This document shows positions 1-14,514 of a stretch of DNA of 64,000 nucleotides, piece by piece. The number at the start of each line of letters is the position of its first letter. Position 1 is the first letter of the stretch. The notes under the pieces were generated by a model. The model was not told the origin of the DNA. It ran no database searches and saw only the letters and a program-made list of their open reading frames with translations. Origin of the DNA: the human T2T-CHM13v2.0 reference genome, Homo sapiens; NCBI RefSeq assembly GCF_009914755.1, contig NC_060938.1. One strand, given 5' to 3'. A program made the translations under genes and the position numbers.

Positions 1-187
<187 letters not shown>

Positions 188-1617
188 CTACAATAGTAAT
201 TTTACTGGTACAACAAATTTATTAAAAGTTTGCCTATAGTAATATATGCATGCAGTGTTAACATTATCAGGGTAGAAATCATATACATATTTTCATATAA
301 AATTTCTTTAATGTTATTGAAATATTTAAACCATCAACTTTATTGTTTCAATCTTGTAACATTTCTTTCTGAATATCCTGTCCAAAAAGAAAGTTTTTGC
401 CGAGATTTGCTTTACTTTCATATAATCTTTGGAGTGTTAGCAGTTTCATATGAGCTTATCAGAGTGTTATGAAAGTGAACTGTGGTCATAGTGTTAAAAA
501 TTTTTTTGAGCTATTGCTTTATGCTACTTCAAAAGCACAAGAAAGAATGGTCTTAATAACAACAATGCCAAAGCAATACCAACAATATCAGTACAGGTGT
601 GTGATTCCTAATCAAAGAAATCTCTTCACTGTGGATAAGGGTGAAAATGTAATTGGAATGTTTAGTTCAGGTAATATGAGGAATTCCCAGCAAAAGGAAT
701 TGATTTAAGGTAGTGCCTATATAAGTCAAAAACTAAAGTCATCTTTCTGTATTCTTTTACCATCTGCCGTGAAATTGCATCAGTCTTTTTCAGGAAAAAA
801 AAACTGGCACAAATAAATCTAAGTTCACTGGGAAAAAGAGTTTGTGTTTACGACAGTGCCCAGTGTGCTGGTATTGCTTAATAAATGTCAAATCTGATGG
901 ATAATATTCATTTAGATGTTACATGGCTGCTTTATATTTCCCATTGCAAAGCTTTGAGTTGTAGACAGCGTTGTTAAATATCTTTATTCTAATCTAATTT
1001 CGCAATACCCAATTATGGTAGCTCACCATTTCAGCTAAAGTGTCTTGGGCTAGGAAAGCATCACACATTTTTTTTCATTTATGCGTACATGTATTTAACA
1101 AACATTTATTGAGACCTCTTAGGAGCCAGACATAAAGATGTATGAGAGACAATTTCCATCTTCAATAATATTCAAATCTAATTGAAGAAACAATTAAAAA
1201 ATTAACTACGAGCCAATGAATTGATGTTACTTTGGAGCACACATTTTGTGCATTTACCTACTTTGGTTATATCCACCTTTAACACTATGACTTTTTATTT
1301 TTTTATTTTAGAATTTTTTCTCCATATTTTATCTCCTGTTACATCATGCTCTGTGGGTCATATCAAAATCCTGTTTTGGAACAATTTGGAAAATGGTAAA
1401 TACAAATTGGATTAACAAATGGACAAATAAAGAATAATTTACCACATGTAATTATGGCTATTAACGTGCTATGAGTGAAAAGAGGAAGCAATTCATTCTG
1501 TGTATTATAACTGAGGAAACTACATGAATAAATGGTTTTTGAGATATATTGAAGAACAAGTACAATACCAAGTTACTTAAATAAATTGATAACCAAAATA
1601 AAACTACCAGATTTTTA

Positions 1618-2103
<486 letters not shown>

Positions 2104-2544
2104 GAATGGTTATAAAGTTGGCTATGGAAGTTTTACCGAGTAACCAGGGATTCAGTTTGTGCTCTGGTGCAGAATGTGGAAAAAAAAAGTCTATTTAAGA
2201 CCTGAGAAAATAAAAATAATTTTTAACTATGCATAGGAATGTTTTTTGTCTTTTATGCTTAAAAAATCAAAGTCAGATTTATGATGCTTATTTTCTTTCA
2301 TTTAATTCATTCTTCTTGGAGTACAAATGAAAAAACTATGCTTATAAAATACTAATATCATCAGTTCACTCTTACTTAGAAGCCTCCATAAACTTTTTGT
2401 TGCAGACATAATAAAAAAGAGAAAAAAGAAAAAAAATATTAATGTTGACTATGAGTTTCTTTAAGGTGTGTCCTTTGCAATTTGTGTCTCTTGCACAATC
2501 ATGAATGCCTACCATGATTTTAGTTCCTTGAAAATGTCATGCTT

Positions 2545-2580
2545 TGTGTGTGTTTGTGTGTTTGTGTGTGTGTGTGTGTC
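2545..2580. repeat. Imperfect (TG)n microsatellite
   Basis: tgtgtgtgtttgtgtgtttgtgtgtgtgtgtgtg. Confidence 0.9.
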
Positions 2581-2619
2581 ATGGACAAGTGGTTGTTTTG
2601 GAATAGAGTGCATTACTCT

Positions 2620-3060
2620 GACAACTAACTCCTAATACCTAACTGTCTCCTAGTTTCCTCATCTATACAATAGGTACTATTACAGTATCTACCTCAGAGA
2701 GTTATAAAAAGAGGGTCATTAATACAGGAAAAGCACTTAGAACTGAGTCTAACTCACAGTAAGTGCTCAATAAACCTTGGCTATTAGTGTCAGACATTCA
2801 TTATTCCCAGCTTAAATGTCAACGTTCTCTAAAAACATTCTCTGTTCATCCCAAGATGAAAATGCATAATTTTATCACAACTTTCCAAGTTGGAACATTT
2901 ATAATTACTTGTTTTTTGTGACTATTTATCCTTAGACTTTTAGATTCATGAGGATAGAAGCTGTGTTTCTGTTACTCATTAAGGTATCACCAATGTGTAG
3001 CACTATGCATTTAATTAGTAATTCTTGTCTATATCACTGGATGCTTGAGTGAATAAAAGA
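2620..3060 (+). mobile_element. MIR fragment followed by an L2 3' fragment
   Basis: MIR core (agtttcctcatctatacaatagg...aaagcacttagaac...cacagtaagtgctcaataaa), then L2 tail-like sequence (ttagacttttagattcatgagg...gcttgagtgaataaa). Confidence 0.65.
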
Positions 3061-4990
3061 ATGTGTTTTTTAATTCTACATTATGAAGGTTTTTTTAATT
3101 ATTTTGAGCCAATTAAGACATATGGCCAAATTGGGTGAAGCTCAGATTTATAAGTAGGCTTTCTAACATTATTCCATTAATAATTTCAACATTAAAGTTT
3201 TGGAAAAAAACACTTACTATACTTTTCATGACTGTTTTAACTGTAAGAAGGTATTCTTCTACCTCTAATTTACCTCTAATTTAGACCATCATGAATTTCT
3301 TATATATAGTTAAAATCAAACTGAAAATACCTCTACAGGAAGTCCTTCACTAGAAGGACTAGAATTGATGTGTGTAATATGAAAGTACTAGAGAAATGTT
3401 AGGGGGAATAGGGTCAAGAGTTTAACATTTATTTTGTAATTTCAACTGAGCAACCATTCTTTATTCTTGAGATCAAACTGAAAATATAAATCAAAGAATG
3501 TTAAAAGAAAAGAAGAGCTGAAATATACCTGAGATATGACAATGAGGGAAGATTTTTTTTTAAATGTCAACTTTCCTGTTTAAATAAAACTGGAATATGG
3601 AATAGGTTATAGTCTGGTTATAGGAATACAGTGTGAAAAATTTTGAGACAATATTTGCTCGTGTAATAGTAAACATAAAGTAGCAAAAACTCCATTCAAT
3701 TTAAGATGTCTTATAGTAGAAAAGTTGGAAATATGGCACACATACAGAGAGGTTGGAAATATTCCAGGACCTCTATAATTTCATGTAGTTTTAGAATGAG
3801 AGAATAAGAAGAGTTCTATTTAAACTATGGTTTAGTTTAGCAAAGAGCTTGGTGATAAGAAATGTACCAAATGATGGAACTGGTGCCTAAGGATAGACCA
3901 TTAATAGGAATTAGCAAATGGCTTCTTTTTTCATTAAATATACATGAAATGTACAAGCACCTGTTGAACCAATAAGAGAACTCCTCAATACCCCATTTGT
4001 CTCAGCCCTCTGGCTGTCTGCTGGTATGTACAGCATGAAAATGTGCTTATTTCATAATCATTGAGCAGTTTTCTCTGCTTGTTGGGTTTTTTAATTTCTT
4101 TTTTCCCCCCAAGAAAACATTGGTATATTAACTTTGCCTCATTCTTCAAACTATTTTGGAATGAATTCGATACATAGCTTAAGTTGTTTTTGTTTATTTG
4201 TCATAATTACATGCTTTAAAATAAACATGCTACTATGCCAACAGGAAATCTTTGAGTGAAAATTACAAAGTTAGAACAAAAAGCAATCAGATGATCAAAT
4301 GTCATTCCTAGTTTTGGTGATCCAGGAGAAACAAAGTAAAGATGTCATAAATGCAGGTGTTTTTATTTAAATGATTATACATTGATAAAATGTTGAAACC
4401 AGATAGTACTTTTCAGAATGATTAGAGGGCAAAAATAATTTTAAATAATATGATTACTCTTCTTAATTTAACAAAAAATCTGATGCCAAGCCTTTTCAAA
4501 CTAAAATAAGAAAATATAGCCTATAGTATACAGGAAATCATAATGTGGAAAAGCTATATTTATATTTATTCCAATATTATGCTCTGACACTAAAATTACT
4601 AAAAAGGAAACAGAATAAAACAGAAATATAAATCTGCTAGCATATATATTGAAGATAATTTTAATATTTGATAATTATATGTGTCATCATATTCAGTACA
4701 GAGAATGACTAGGGTTAAAGGCATTAACAGTTGGTAGAATCTCTCTTATTTTCCCACACATCCACTATAATTATTCTTGACCATATGCTGATAGCTCATC
4801 TCCTGACATATCCTTGTGCCCCTGAGTTGTCACCAAGCTCTCCTATGCAATATGTTAGAAATCTTTCCTGTATACATTTTCTTAGCATTCTGTGTCTCTA
4901 CAACATCAAGATGATCAGATGGAATAGCACTCAGACAAGAATTTGAAGCGGGTTACCATATTACCATTCCAATGGAACAAAAAACTTTTC

Positions 4991-5246
4991 CGTCTCACTC
5001 TGTGGCATGATCTCAGCTCACTGTAACCTCCACCTCCCAAGTTCAAGTAATTCTCATGCCTCAGCCTCCAGAGTAACCGGGATTTGCTGGAGTGTGCCAC
5101 CGCGACCGGCTAATTTTTGCATCTTTAGTAGAGACTGGGTTTTGTCATGTTGGTCAGGCTGGTCTTGAACTCCTGGGCTCAAGCCATCCACCTGCCTCAG
5201 CCTCCCAAAGTGTTGGGACTATGCATGTGAGCCACCACGCCAGGCC
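4991..5246 (-). mobile_element. AluJ-like element, tailless, with an internal deletion
   Basis: Reverse Alu ending ...ccacgccaggcc; 15-bp TSD aacaaaaa(a/c)cttttc at 4976-4990 and 5247-5261. Confidence 0.9.
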
Positions 5247-5946
5247 AACAAAAACCTTTTCAAAGGGAACAGCAACTTTGCAAAAACTTCCATGGCATGG
5301 ATAATGCTGAACTGATATTAATTAAACAAATATTTATTAAACTCTTGGGAAATCAAAGATGAAGAGACATGGTTTTACTGTTCATGAGAATAAATTCTCT
5401 TCTTGCCTCTAACGATGGCTAGATTATCCACAGAAGGAAGTATGTCTGCAGGAGAAGAAACAGGGTAAATGGAAATCTGAGACAAAGGATGCCTAAGAGA
5501 AATGTAATTGATTAATATTTATTACTAACAGAACAGGATTCACTTGGGGAGGGTTGTGCTAGGTAGAGGAAGGAAATACTATTTGGGGTAGCTAAAGCTG
5601 GAAGTGAGGTCTATTCAGCAATTATTTATTGAGCTCTGAAAAATTCAGAGATGAAGGGATACAATTTCAGTGTTCATGGTAGAATTGCTAGATGGGAGTA
5701 ACTGCTAGATGATCCTCAAACCTGCTTTACTTCTTTCGGAAACAGAAGTAGACTACATCAATCAAATTGGCTTCAATCAATGGTATGTAAGTAGAAAAGA
5801 TATTCAGTGTTTCCAAAATGCACTTCCAACAGGTTCCTTGATGGTCTTTCCCTTTCTAAGGTGGTTTGCCATGGCATAAAGATGGTAGAGCCATGAGATG
5901 GAAATAACTTGGATTGCCAATCACTTCTTGAAAGATATCGAACTTA

Positions 5947-6303
<357 letters not shown>

Positions 6304-6527
6304 TTATTTATTCATCGGTTAGCTTTACCTTAATGAACACAATGCAGCAATGCATGGCATTCATTGCCAAATAAGAAAAACTAGATGTGTATATCATTTA
6401 AAGTGAGAATGTAAACAAGCCTAAACCTAGAAGTCTAAAAATAAATAAAACTAAATTAGAAACAGGCGGGATAGACTTAGACTAGTGCTAGATTTAGACT
6501 GGAAGAAAGGGTGAAATGTTTCATTTT

Positions 6528-6900
6528 TCCGTGGAATAACCGGGTCCTGAACTGAAGTACAGGCACTCCTCGCTGTCCCCATCCTCCCTTCTCGCCAGGG
6601 CGCCTTCGGCCTCTCTTTGAGGCCTTCCCCAGGGACTCAGAGCCTCGAGGGACTGCGGGCTCCCTTGTGGGTGGGGGAGGAGTGGGAACCTCTTGGGGAA
6701 AGTGAAGAGCTCGGTGGCTGTACCTCCACAGGAGGCTGCAGCAGATTGTGGCGGCAGCTTTGCTCCAAGTCTTACATAAACGAACATTGCCACAGTATTT
6801 TTTTTTTTTTAAGTTAGTGAAGGAGTTTGGGTGCGATTGATCAGTGAACCAAGAGCTGGCGGTCCACTAAGAAACTAGTGTTTCTTTGCGGTTCCTACCT
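6528..6900. promoter_or_regulatory. GC- and CpG-enriched non-repeat segment (possible weak promoter or enhancer)
   Basis: About 14 CpGs in ~370 bp inside AT-rich, CpG-depleted DNA; matches no repeat I recognise. Confidence 0.4.
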
Positions 6901-6944
6901 CCCCATTTGTGGTAAAAAACACAACAACAACAACAACAAAACGG

Positions 6945-7010
6945 GTTATGTAACAAACCTGCACCTTCAGCACATGTATCCCAGAACTTAAACTAAAATT
7001 TGAAAAAAAA
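6945..7010 (+). mobile_element. Extreme 3' tip of a primate L1
   Basis: tatgtaacaaacctgcac...cacatgtatcccagaacttaaa plus an A-run is the L1PA 3' terminus. Confidence 0.8.
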
Positions 7011-7018
7011 CCCAAAAA

Positions 7019-7301
7019 GGCCAGGGGAGGTGGCTCACGCCTGTAATCCCAGCACTTTGGGAGGCTGAGGAGGGCGGATCACCAGGTCAGGAGCTCGAGA
7101 CCAGCTTGGTCAAAATGGTGGAACCCCATCTCTACTAAAAAAATACAAAAAATAGCCAGGCGTGGTGGTGCATGCCTGTAATCCCATCTACTCGGGAGGC
7201 TGAGGAAGGAGAATTGCTTTGAACCTGGGAGGCGGAGGTTGCAGTGAGCCGAGATTACACCACTGCACTCCAGCCTGGGCAATAGAGAAAGACCCCATCT
7301 C
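7019..7301 (+). mobile_element. AluS element lacking a poly(A) tail
   Basis: Both arms present; ends at ccatctc with no A-tail. Confidence 0.9.
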
Positions 7302-7356
7302 GGAATGGGGGAAATTGGATAAAAACCAATTCATCCCCCCTTTCCTCCCCACCTCA

Positions 7357-7584
<228 letters not shown>

Positions 7585-8160
7585 CTAAAGGCTCATGCTG
7601 TTTGTCTTTTTTCCCCAAAGCAAGATGAGAAGAGTAAAAGATCAGGCATGTACGTGCGTGTGTGTGTGTGTCTGTGTGTCTGTGTAAAAAAAAAAGACTG
7701 AAAGAGAGTAAAAACAGGAGTCACGGAGGAAGAATCAAAATCTAATAAAATAAATTTTCCTGGAAATCCAAGGAATATAGTATCAAGAAGAAGGACAGCT
7801 AGTATATGTGTTTCTAGGTGTATCTTACCAGAATATATATTAAGCAGACCTGTAATCAACAGTCATTTGTTATTTGATTTTTACAGAGTGATAAAAGATG
7901 GTTGAGGAAACATATTCTACCCATCAATTGTTACTGTCAAGATGTAAACTTTATTTAAGGTACAGATTAACTTAGAAATAAAGCCCATGTTTTATTATTT
8001 TACAAGACACTCTGACCAATAAAAACATTGGCAGAGGCAGCGTTTAAAGTGAAGATGTTTAGGAATGATAATACTCATCCTTTCATTTGTAAAGGACTTC
8101 AAAGCTCTAAAACTTTTGTCATATAATATTTAATTTAAATATTTCTGGAAAATCTGGTGA

Positions 8161-8723
8161 GTATTCCATTTATCTATTATGTAACTACCCTCTCCAAAAC
8201 TTAGTTGCTTAAAGAAAGAGCAACTGTTTGTTCTGCTCACAAATCTACAATCTGAGAAGGGCCCACAGAGGACAGCTCGGCTCAGTTTTATGAGGCATCA
8301 ACTGGAGTGACCAGGAACACTTTAGGGGTTGGAATCTTGTAAAGGATCACTCACTCAATGACAGACAGTTGATGCTGGATGATAGCTGAGACTTTAGCTA
8401 AAGCCATCAGCTAGAACACACATACAAGCTTTTCACATAGCTCTTTGGCTTCCTCATAGAATGGATGCTGAGTTACGAGAGCAAGAATCCCAACAGAGAG
8501 ATCTATGTGGATGCTCTGTTAAGTCTGCTGACATAGCCTCAGAAATCACATGCCACCTTCTCTACTTGTACTAGGTTTGTCCAGGCAGTCTCAAAGGCCT
8601 GTTCAGTTTCAAGGGATGAGAAGGCAGAGTCAGTCCCTTTTGAAATGAGAGTGACAAAGCTCTGGAAGAGCAGGTGAGATGGGAAATGTTGTTGCAGCTA
8701 TTTTGGAAAATATCATCTGCCAA
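8161..8723 (-). mobile_element. MLT1 (MaLR) LTR
   Basis: gtaactaccctctccaaaacttagttgcttaaa start and tttggaaaatatcatctgcca end, typical of reverse MLT1. Confidence 0.7.
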
Positions 8724-10807
8724 ATACACATTATCATTTTTATTTTTGAAAAGGAACATTCAGTCTTAGATGATTTAAATGACTAACCCAGTGTTTCAGG
8801 GCAAATGGGAATGCAGAGGTTTAAATGAAGTCTTTTTGCTCCAAGGAGAGTATGATTTCTTTTGTATCAAAGCCATCAGACTGCAACGGCCATTATATCT
8901 ATATAAATATCCAGAGTTAAATATATTCCTAGTGTGCCAGTAGTATGTAGCATTAGCTCCAACATTGTACTAAATACACATACATAAAATAAAATTCAGT
9001 GCAAAATTAGGCAAATAATTTTAAAGGTAGTAATAATAAGCATAATTATTTTATAGTCGTATTTTATTTGTCATCTTACACAAATTATATGTTGTCAACT
9101 ATACAACTGAACTTACATTATTGTAACACTTTATGGTATTAATGCAATTTCTGGGAAGATTTCAATTTTAGTTTTCCAAATTTGAAAATTTTCCACATCT
9201 GTAGCATATGTGGACACATGTTTTACACATTCCGAATGAAGCTTTGTACCTTGACTCCCAGTGTGGCTACTCTTCTAGCATTTTCTTCACGGGTGAATGA
9301 TCCCATCATCCACCAGGTCCTTTAAAGCAGATTGCACATATTCATTGACCTTCTTTCCTGAACTTTTCTACTCCTCCACATAAACATATTTAGTCAAAAA
9401 GTTGGTTTATTCCACCTGTTACATACTATTTAAGTTGTTCAACACTTCTCTCTTTCTCATGCAATTGTTGAAAATCAATTTGTTTTCTTTGTGTACCTGG
9501 AATATTTCAGCTTTTTCCTATTCTAGCTTTCACACTTTCATTGCATTCTCCAAACTACTGCCAATGTGATACTGATCTTAAAACGCAAATATGACTCCTC
9601 CATTTTTGTAACTCATCACAAAGAAGATAAAGGCTCAAGTACACGGAATTGTAAAGTAATGACGATCACACCCTCAGCAACACCACAATGACAATTCCAT
9701 GGGTTTTCATCTTGTGCCAAGCATGAAAACAACAAACTACACAGATTCTGTCATATAGTTCTGATTCCAATTGTAGTTATATTATTCTGGTTTTACAGCA
9801 ACTGGCATTTATTAAGGACCTGTGGAAATAGAGACTCAGATGAGCAAACCTACATTCCAAGTTCGTATTTTGCCACTCCAACTAAATCACTACATGTTTT
9901 AGCCACAGTAAATCTTCTTGTATCATTAAGATTATTATACTTTTTACATGCTGTGTCTTTTTCTGGAATGCAAGACAAATTTTCAGTGGAAGATTTTCAT
10001 GATCTTTCAGTAGCTAGATGGAATATCACTCTCTTATAGAAGGTTTTCCCAACATAAAAAAAAACTATTAAAATTTTTTCTAATAATAGCTTGACTTTTT
10101 GATGATTTATTAGATACGCAGAACAGTTTTATAGAAGTTTATTTAATCCTATCTACAACTCTGTGATGGAAATGTGATTATTAAACTTAAGTTTACAGGT
10201 GAGAAAACTCAGTGGTAGAGGTTGACTTGCCCAAAGTCTCAAAGCTAGAATGGCTTTGATTCCATCATTCTTAACTTGCTTAATTTTTATGAGGGTTTAT
10301 GAGCTATTCTTTGTGCAAGAATCCATGAGTACTTAACAACAGATATTTCATAAATGTTCATTTTCTACTATTGTATAATATTGGATAGATAGATAAATGT
10401 ATTTCAACTAATCTGCATCTACACAGAATTTCTATTTCCATATCAATAGCAATATAATACTTTAGTATGGAACCGGGAATATAGACTTTGTTCTTCCAAA
10501 AATGTTTGTTGAAGTATATCAGTCTCTTTTTCCCCTAACGCAGTTTTAACTTTCTCCAAAAATATGAAAAGGAACATAATATTTTCTTGATTTTTATATA
10601 TTTCATTCAAGTTCTGAGTATGTATTGAGTTTTCCACATTCTTTTATAATCAGGAACTAATTAAAATATTTTAATAAGCAATAGTGAAAAATAAATCTGG
10701 TAAATTTATAATAGCTACTAGAATGCTATGTACAGTATTTCTACAAAAGACTAATTTCAATAAGTAAATGAATGCATTACTAAAATAAAAGAAGTCTTCA
10801 CAAATAA

Positions 10808-11137
<330 letters not shown>

Positions 11138-12589
11138 ACAAATAATTCTTAATGTCAGATAGCTCAGTGCTTACAATGATCAAAATTTCAGGGTCAGTAA
11201 ACAATGGTTTTTAGATTTAGAAAAAGTTTTGGAAGGAATTGTATATACACATCGTGTTTGATAGAAAGAAGCAAGTGTCAAGACATCCTTATGTGAGAGA
11301 TTGATATTACAAAATCCTCAGATAATATTGAGGGCAGTTCTGAGACTCCTTTTCTTCCTATTTTCACTACCAAGGAAAGAAAAATAAAATGAGATTCTTC
11401 CTCAGGCTCCCAACATAACTAAGTTTAGAAGTATTTTTTATCTTAAATTATTCAGGACACCTTTCACCCTTTCCCCCCCATTTTTCACACAAGGGACCAC
11501 AGAAACCATTTTTTTACAGTGTTTCCTTTTGTATAATCTCAAAGCTCTAGGGCTTGCGGAAAGGAGAGCTAAATCTGTCAGCTAAAATAGAAGCCCCAGC
11601 CTTTCCCTACCCCCATATTCCAGTACAATCCCTGTTGCTGGCAATGCATAAATTATTTAAGATGAGGAGACTTAATTTATGCACTAGGTAATACTGCATT
11701 CAAATTCCACCTGGATAATTGTATTCTTTGTCTACAGTGATAAGCCTGCCTGTGAACCAAAGATCAGGACAGCCTTCTGACAGGATCCCATAGAACCCTG
11801 TTCTTGACTTATAATTATGTGCATCACATTGTAGCTAAGTATATTAATTTTGTTGCTCTTACCAGACTATAATAATCATGAAGAGAGGGACATTGTGAAT
11901 CAATTTATTGGGCGATTGCAGACACTCAGCATTCTGCTTTGAAAATACTGGTGAATAAAATGTTTTCATGAATGGATGGCTGAGTGGTTGATATTTTTTC
12001 TAGTTCTATACATGTGAATATCTTATGTTAGTAAAAAGCAACATTTGCATGTATATGCATTTGCATATACACATATTTATCTGTTTGCAAGTATAAAGTG
12101 AGTTAAAAAATATCTGCAGTACATAGAAGAGTGTCCTCCAAGTAGAATATGATGAATACATGTTTTCTGTTGTTATAAGATTGTTGTATGTCATCACAGG
12201 AAAAAGGATAGCTACAGGCCCATTGGCAAAGCAGATTCTCTCAGGATGAAAGAGAAACTTAAACTTTATCCCAGAGGGGATGATATTGTAGAAAATGGCA
12301 AAATTCACTAGAATATGTAGCAAATAGCCTCCTGTTATATACCTAAGAAATCAATACAGTTTACATCTTACTTTGAATTTTACATCTTTAAACAAAAACT
12401 AGCTGCCTTAAAAAAAAGTAGCTAACATGGCTGGATAAGTCACCTATCCTAATGCTAAGAAAATCGACTTAGGAGAAACAAAATGGAAACATTGACACAA
12501 GTGGAAGCCATGAGAAGCAAAAACTTTATATTCTTGAATTTATGAAATAACTGTTTATTATGAGTTACTATTTATGCTAAAGGTTAATA

Positions 12590-13003
<414 letters not shown>

Positions 13004-13229
13004 TCAAATATATTCAATAAAATTATGATGATAAGCACATGGTAGTTTGGCTTAATGTCATTACTTGGCGAAAAAAGGAAAAAAAAGGGAAGAAAAAGGA
13101 CTCTAACATAAATGTCTATCTTTAAAATATATATATGTACTTGTCCAAGAAGGTCAGAGATACAAAAACCTTTTAGCACTGGTATTTCATGTAGAAATAA
13201 ATTTGGGAAGTACAATAGAAGGCCTGACA

Positions 13230-13722
13230 TTAAGATGCAATATTAAGAGCTTCCTTGATAAATTTGAGCCTCACAGATCCCCAAAGGGCAACCGACCAGC
13301 TCCCCTGCTCTCAAAAAATATGCCATCCACACAATAGAAAAGACTTCTCGCCCACACCTGGCTAGTTCTATCGCCTAGATGAGCTACTCCAGCTGATTCC
13401 AAACCTAACTTCCCTGCCAGACTACAGAAGTATTCAAACAAGCCAATTACATCCTCTCACAGGAACCAGGAGTCACCCAATTGCTTCTTACTTGAAGCTT
13501 GCCACTCGTAGCTTCTGCCTGTTCACTCTGCTCTGGAATGCAAGCCCTTTTGGCCCTGCATGGTGTATAGCATTCTTCTCCCCCAGGCTGTGAGTTTATG
13601 TGACTAATAAACTGCTGTCAAAGTGATCCGTCCAGGGTCAAGTGTCATGTGTTTGGCCATCTCTAAAACCCTTGGATGGGACTCAAGGCCTCACAATGGG
13701 TGAAGAGAAGGCAAATAAAACC
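13230..13722 (+). mobile_element. ERVL solo LTR (MER74-like)
   Basis: aataaactgctgtca...ccagggtcaagtgtcatgtgtttggccatc...gggtgaagagaaggc resembles the MER74 3' end as recalled. Confidence 0.6.
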
Positions 13723-13896
13723 AAAAGATATTTTATGCTACTTTCATTATTTCATCAACTAACTTAATGTTGTTATTATCATGTAGTGAAAAATAGAAAT
13801 CACCTCTTACTCCCTAACTTCCTTCACCCATTCATCAGCAGGTTTTTTCAGACTTTTATTATTGCCAAGTAATAAAGACATAAGCATTCTTATACA

Positions 13897-14514
13897 TTGC
13901 ATCAGTTTTCTCTTGTGGCATAATAAATAATCACAAACTTCGTGGCTTAAAATAGCCTTAGTACATAGTTCTGTAGGTTAGAATCTACTGCATGATTGGA
14001 TTCTCTGCTCAGGGTCTCACCAGGCTGAAATCAATGCTGTGTTGGCCAGGCTGTGTTCCCATCTGAAGCTTAGGATCCTCTTTCAAGGTTACTGATTGTT
14101 GGCAGAGTTCATTCCCTTCAGGTCGTAGGACCAAAATCCTCATTGATCTGCTAGTCGTTGTCTGGGGACCACTCAGTCCTAGAGAACACCTGCAGTTCCT
14201 TGCCATGTGGTCCTTCTAGGCAGTGTGCAGAATGAATGTTTGCTTTGGTCAGGCAAGCCAGATCACAGCTCTTTGACTTCCTTTTCCTGCCATTATCCAG
14301 AACCATCTCTCTGCTTGTAAAGGGCTCATGTGATTCAATCAAGCCCAGCCAAGTAATTTCGCTACTTGAAGGTCATCTAAATTATAACTTTAATTACATC
14401 TGTAAATCACTTCACAGTAGTGCCCAGATTAGTGTTTAATTGAATGACTGTAAGAAATGTATGAACACTAGGGATTAGGAATCTTCGAGGCCATGTGAAA
14501 ACTCTACCTACCAC
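13897..14514 (-). mobile_element. MLT1E-like MaLR LTR
   Basis: cacaaacttcgtggcttaaaa...ggctgaaatcaatg...ctacctaccaca terminus. Confidence 0.75.

Noticed and set aside
4933-4946. 14-bp match (agacaagaatttga) to the reverse complement near 62616-62629
   Set aside because: Does not extend; expected by chance in 64 kb of AT-rich DNA.
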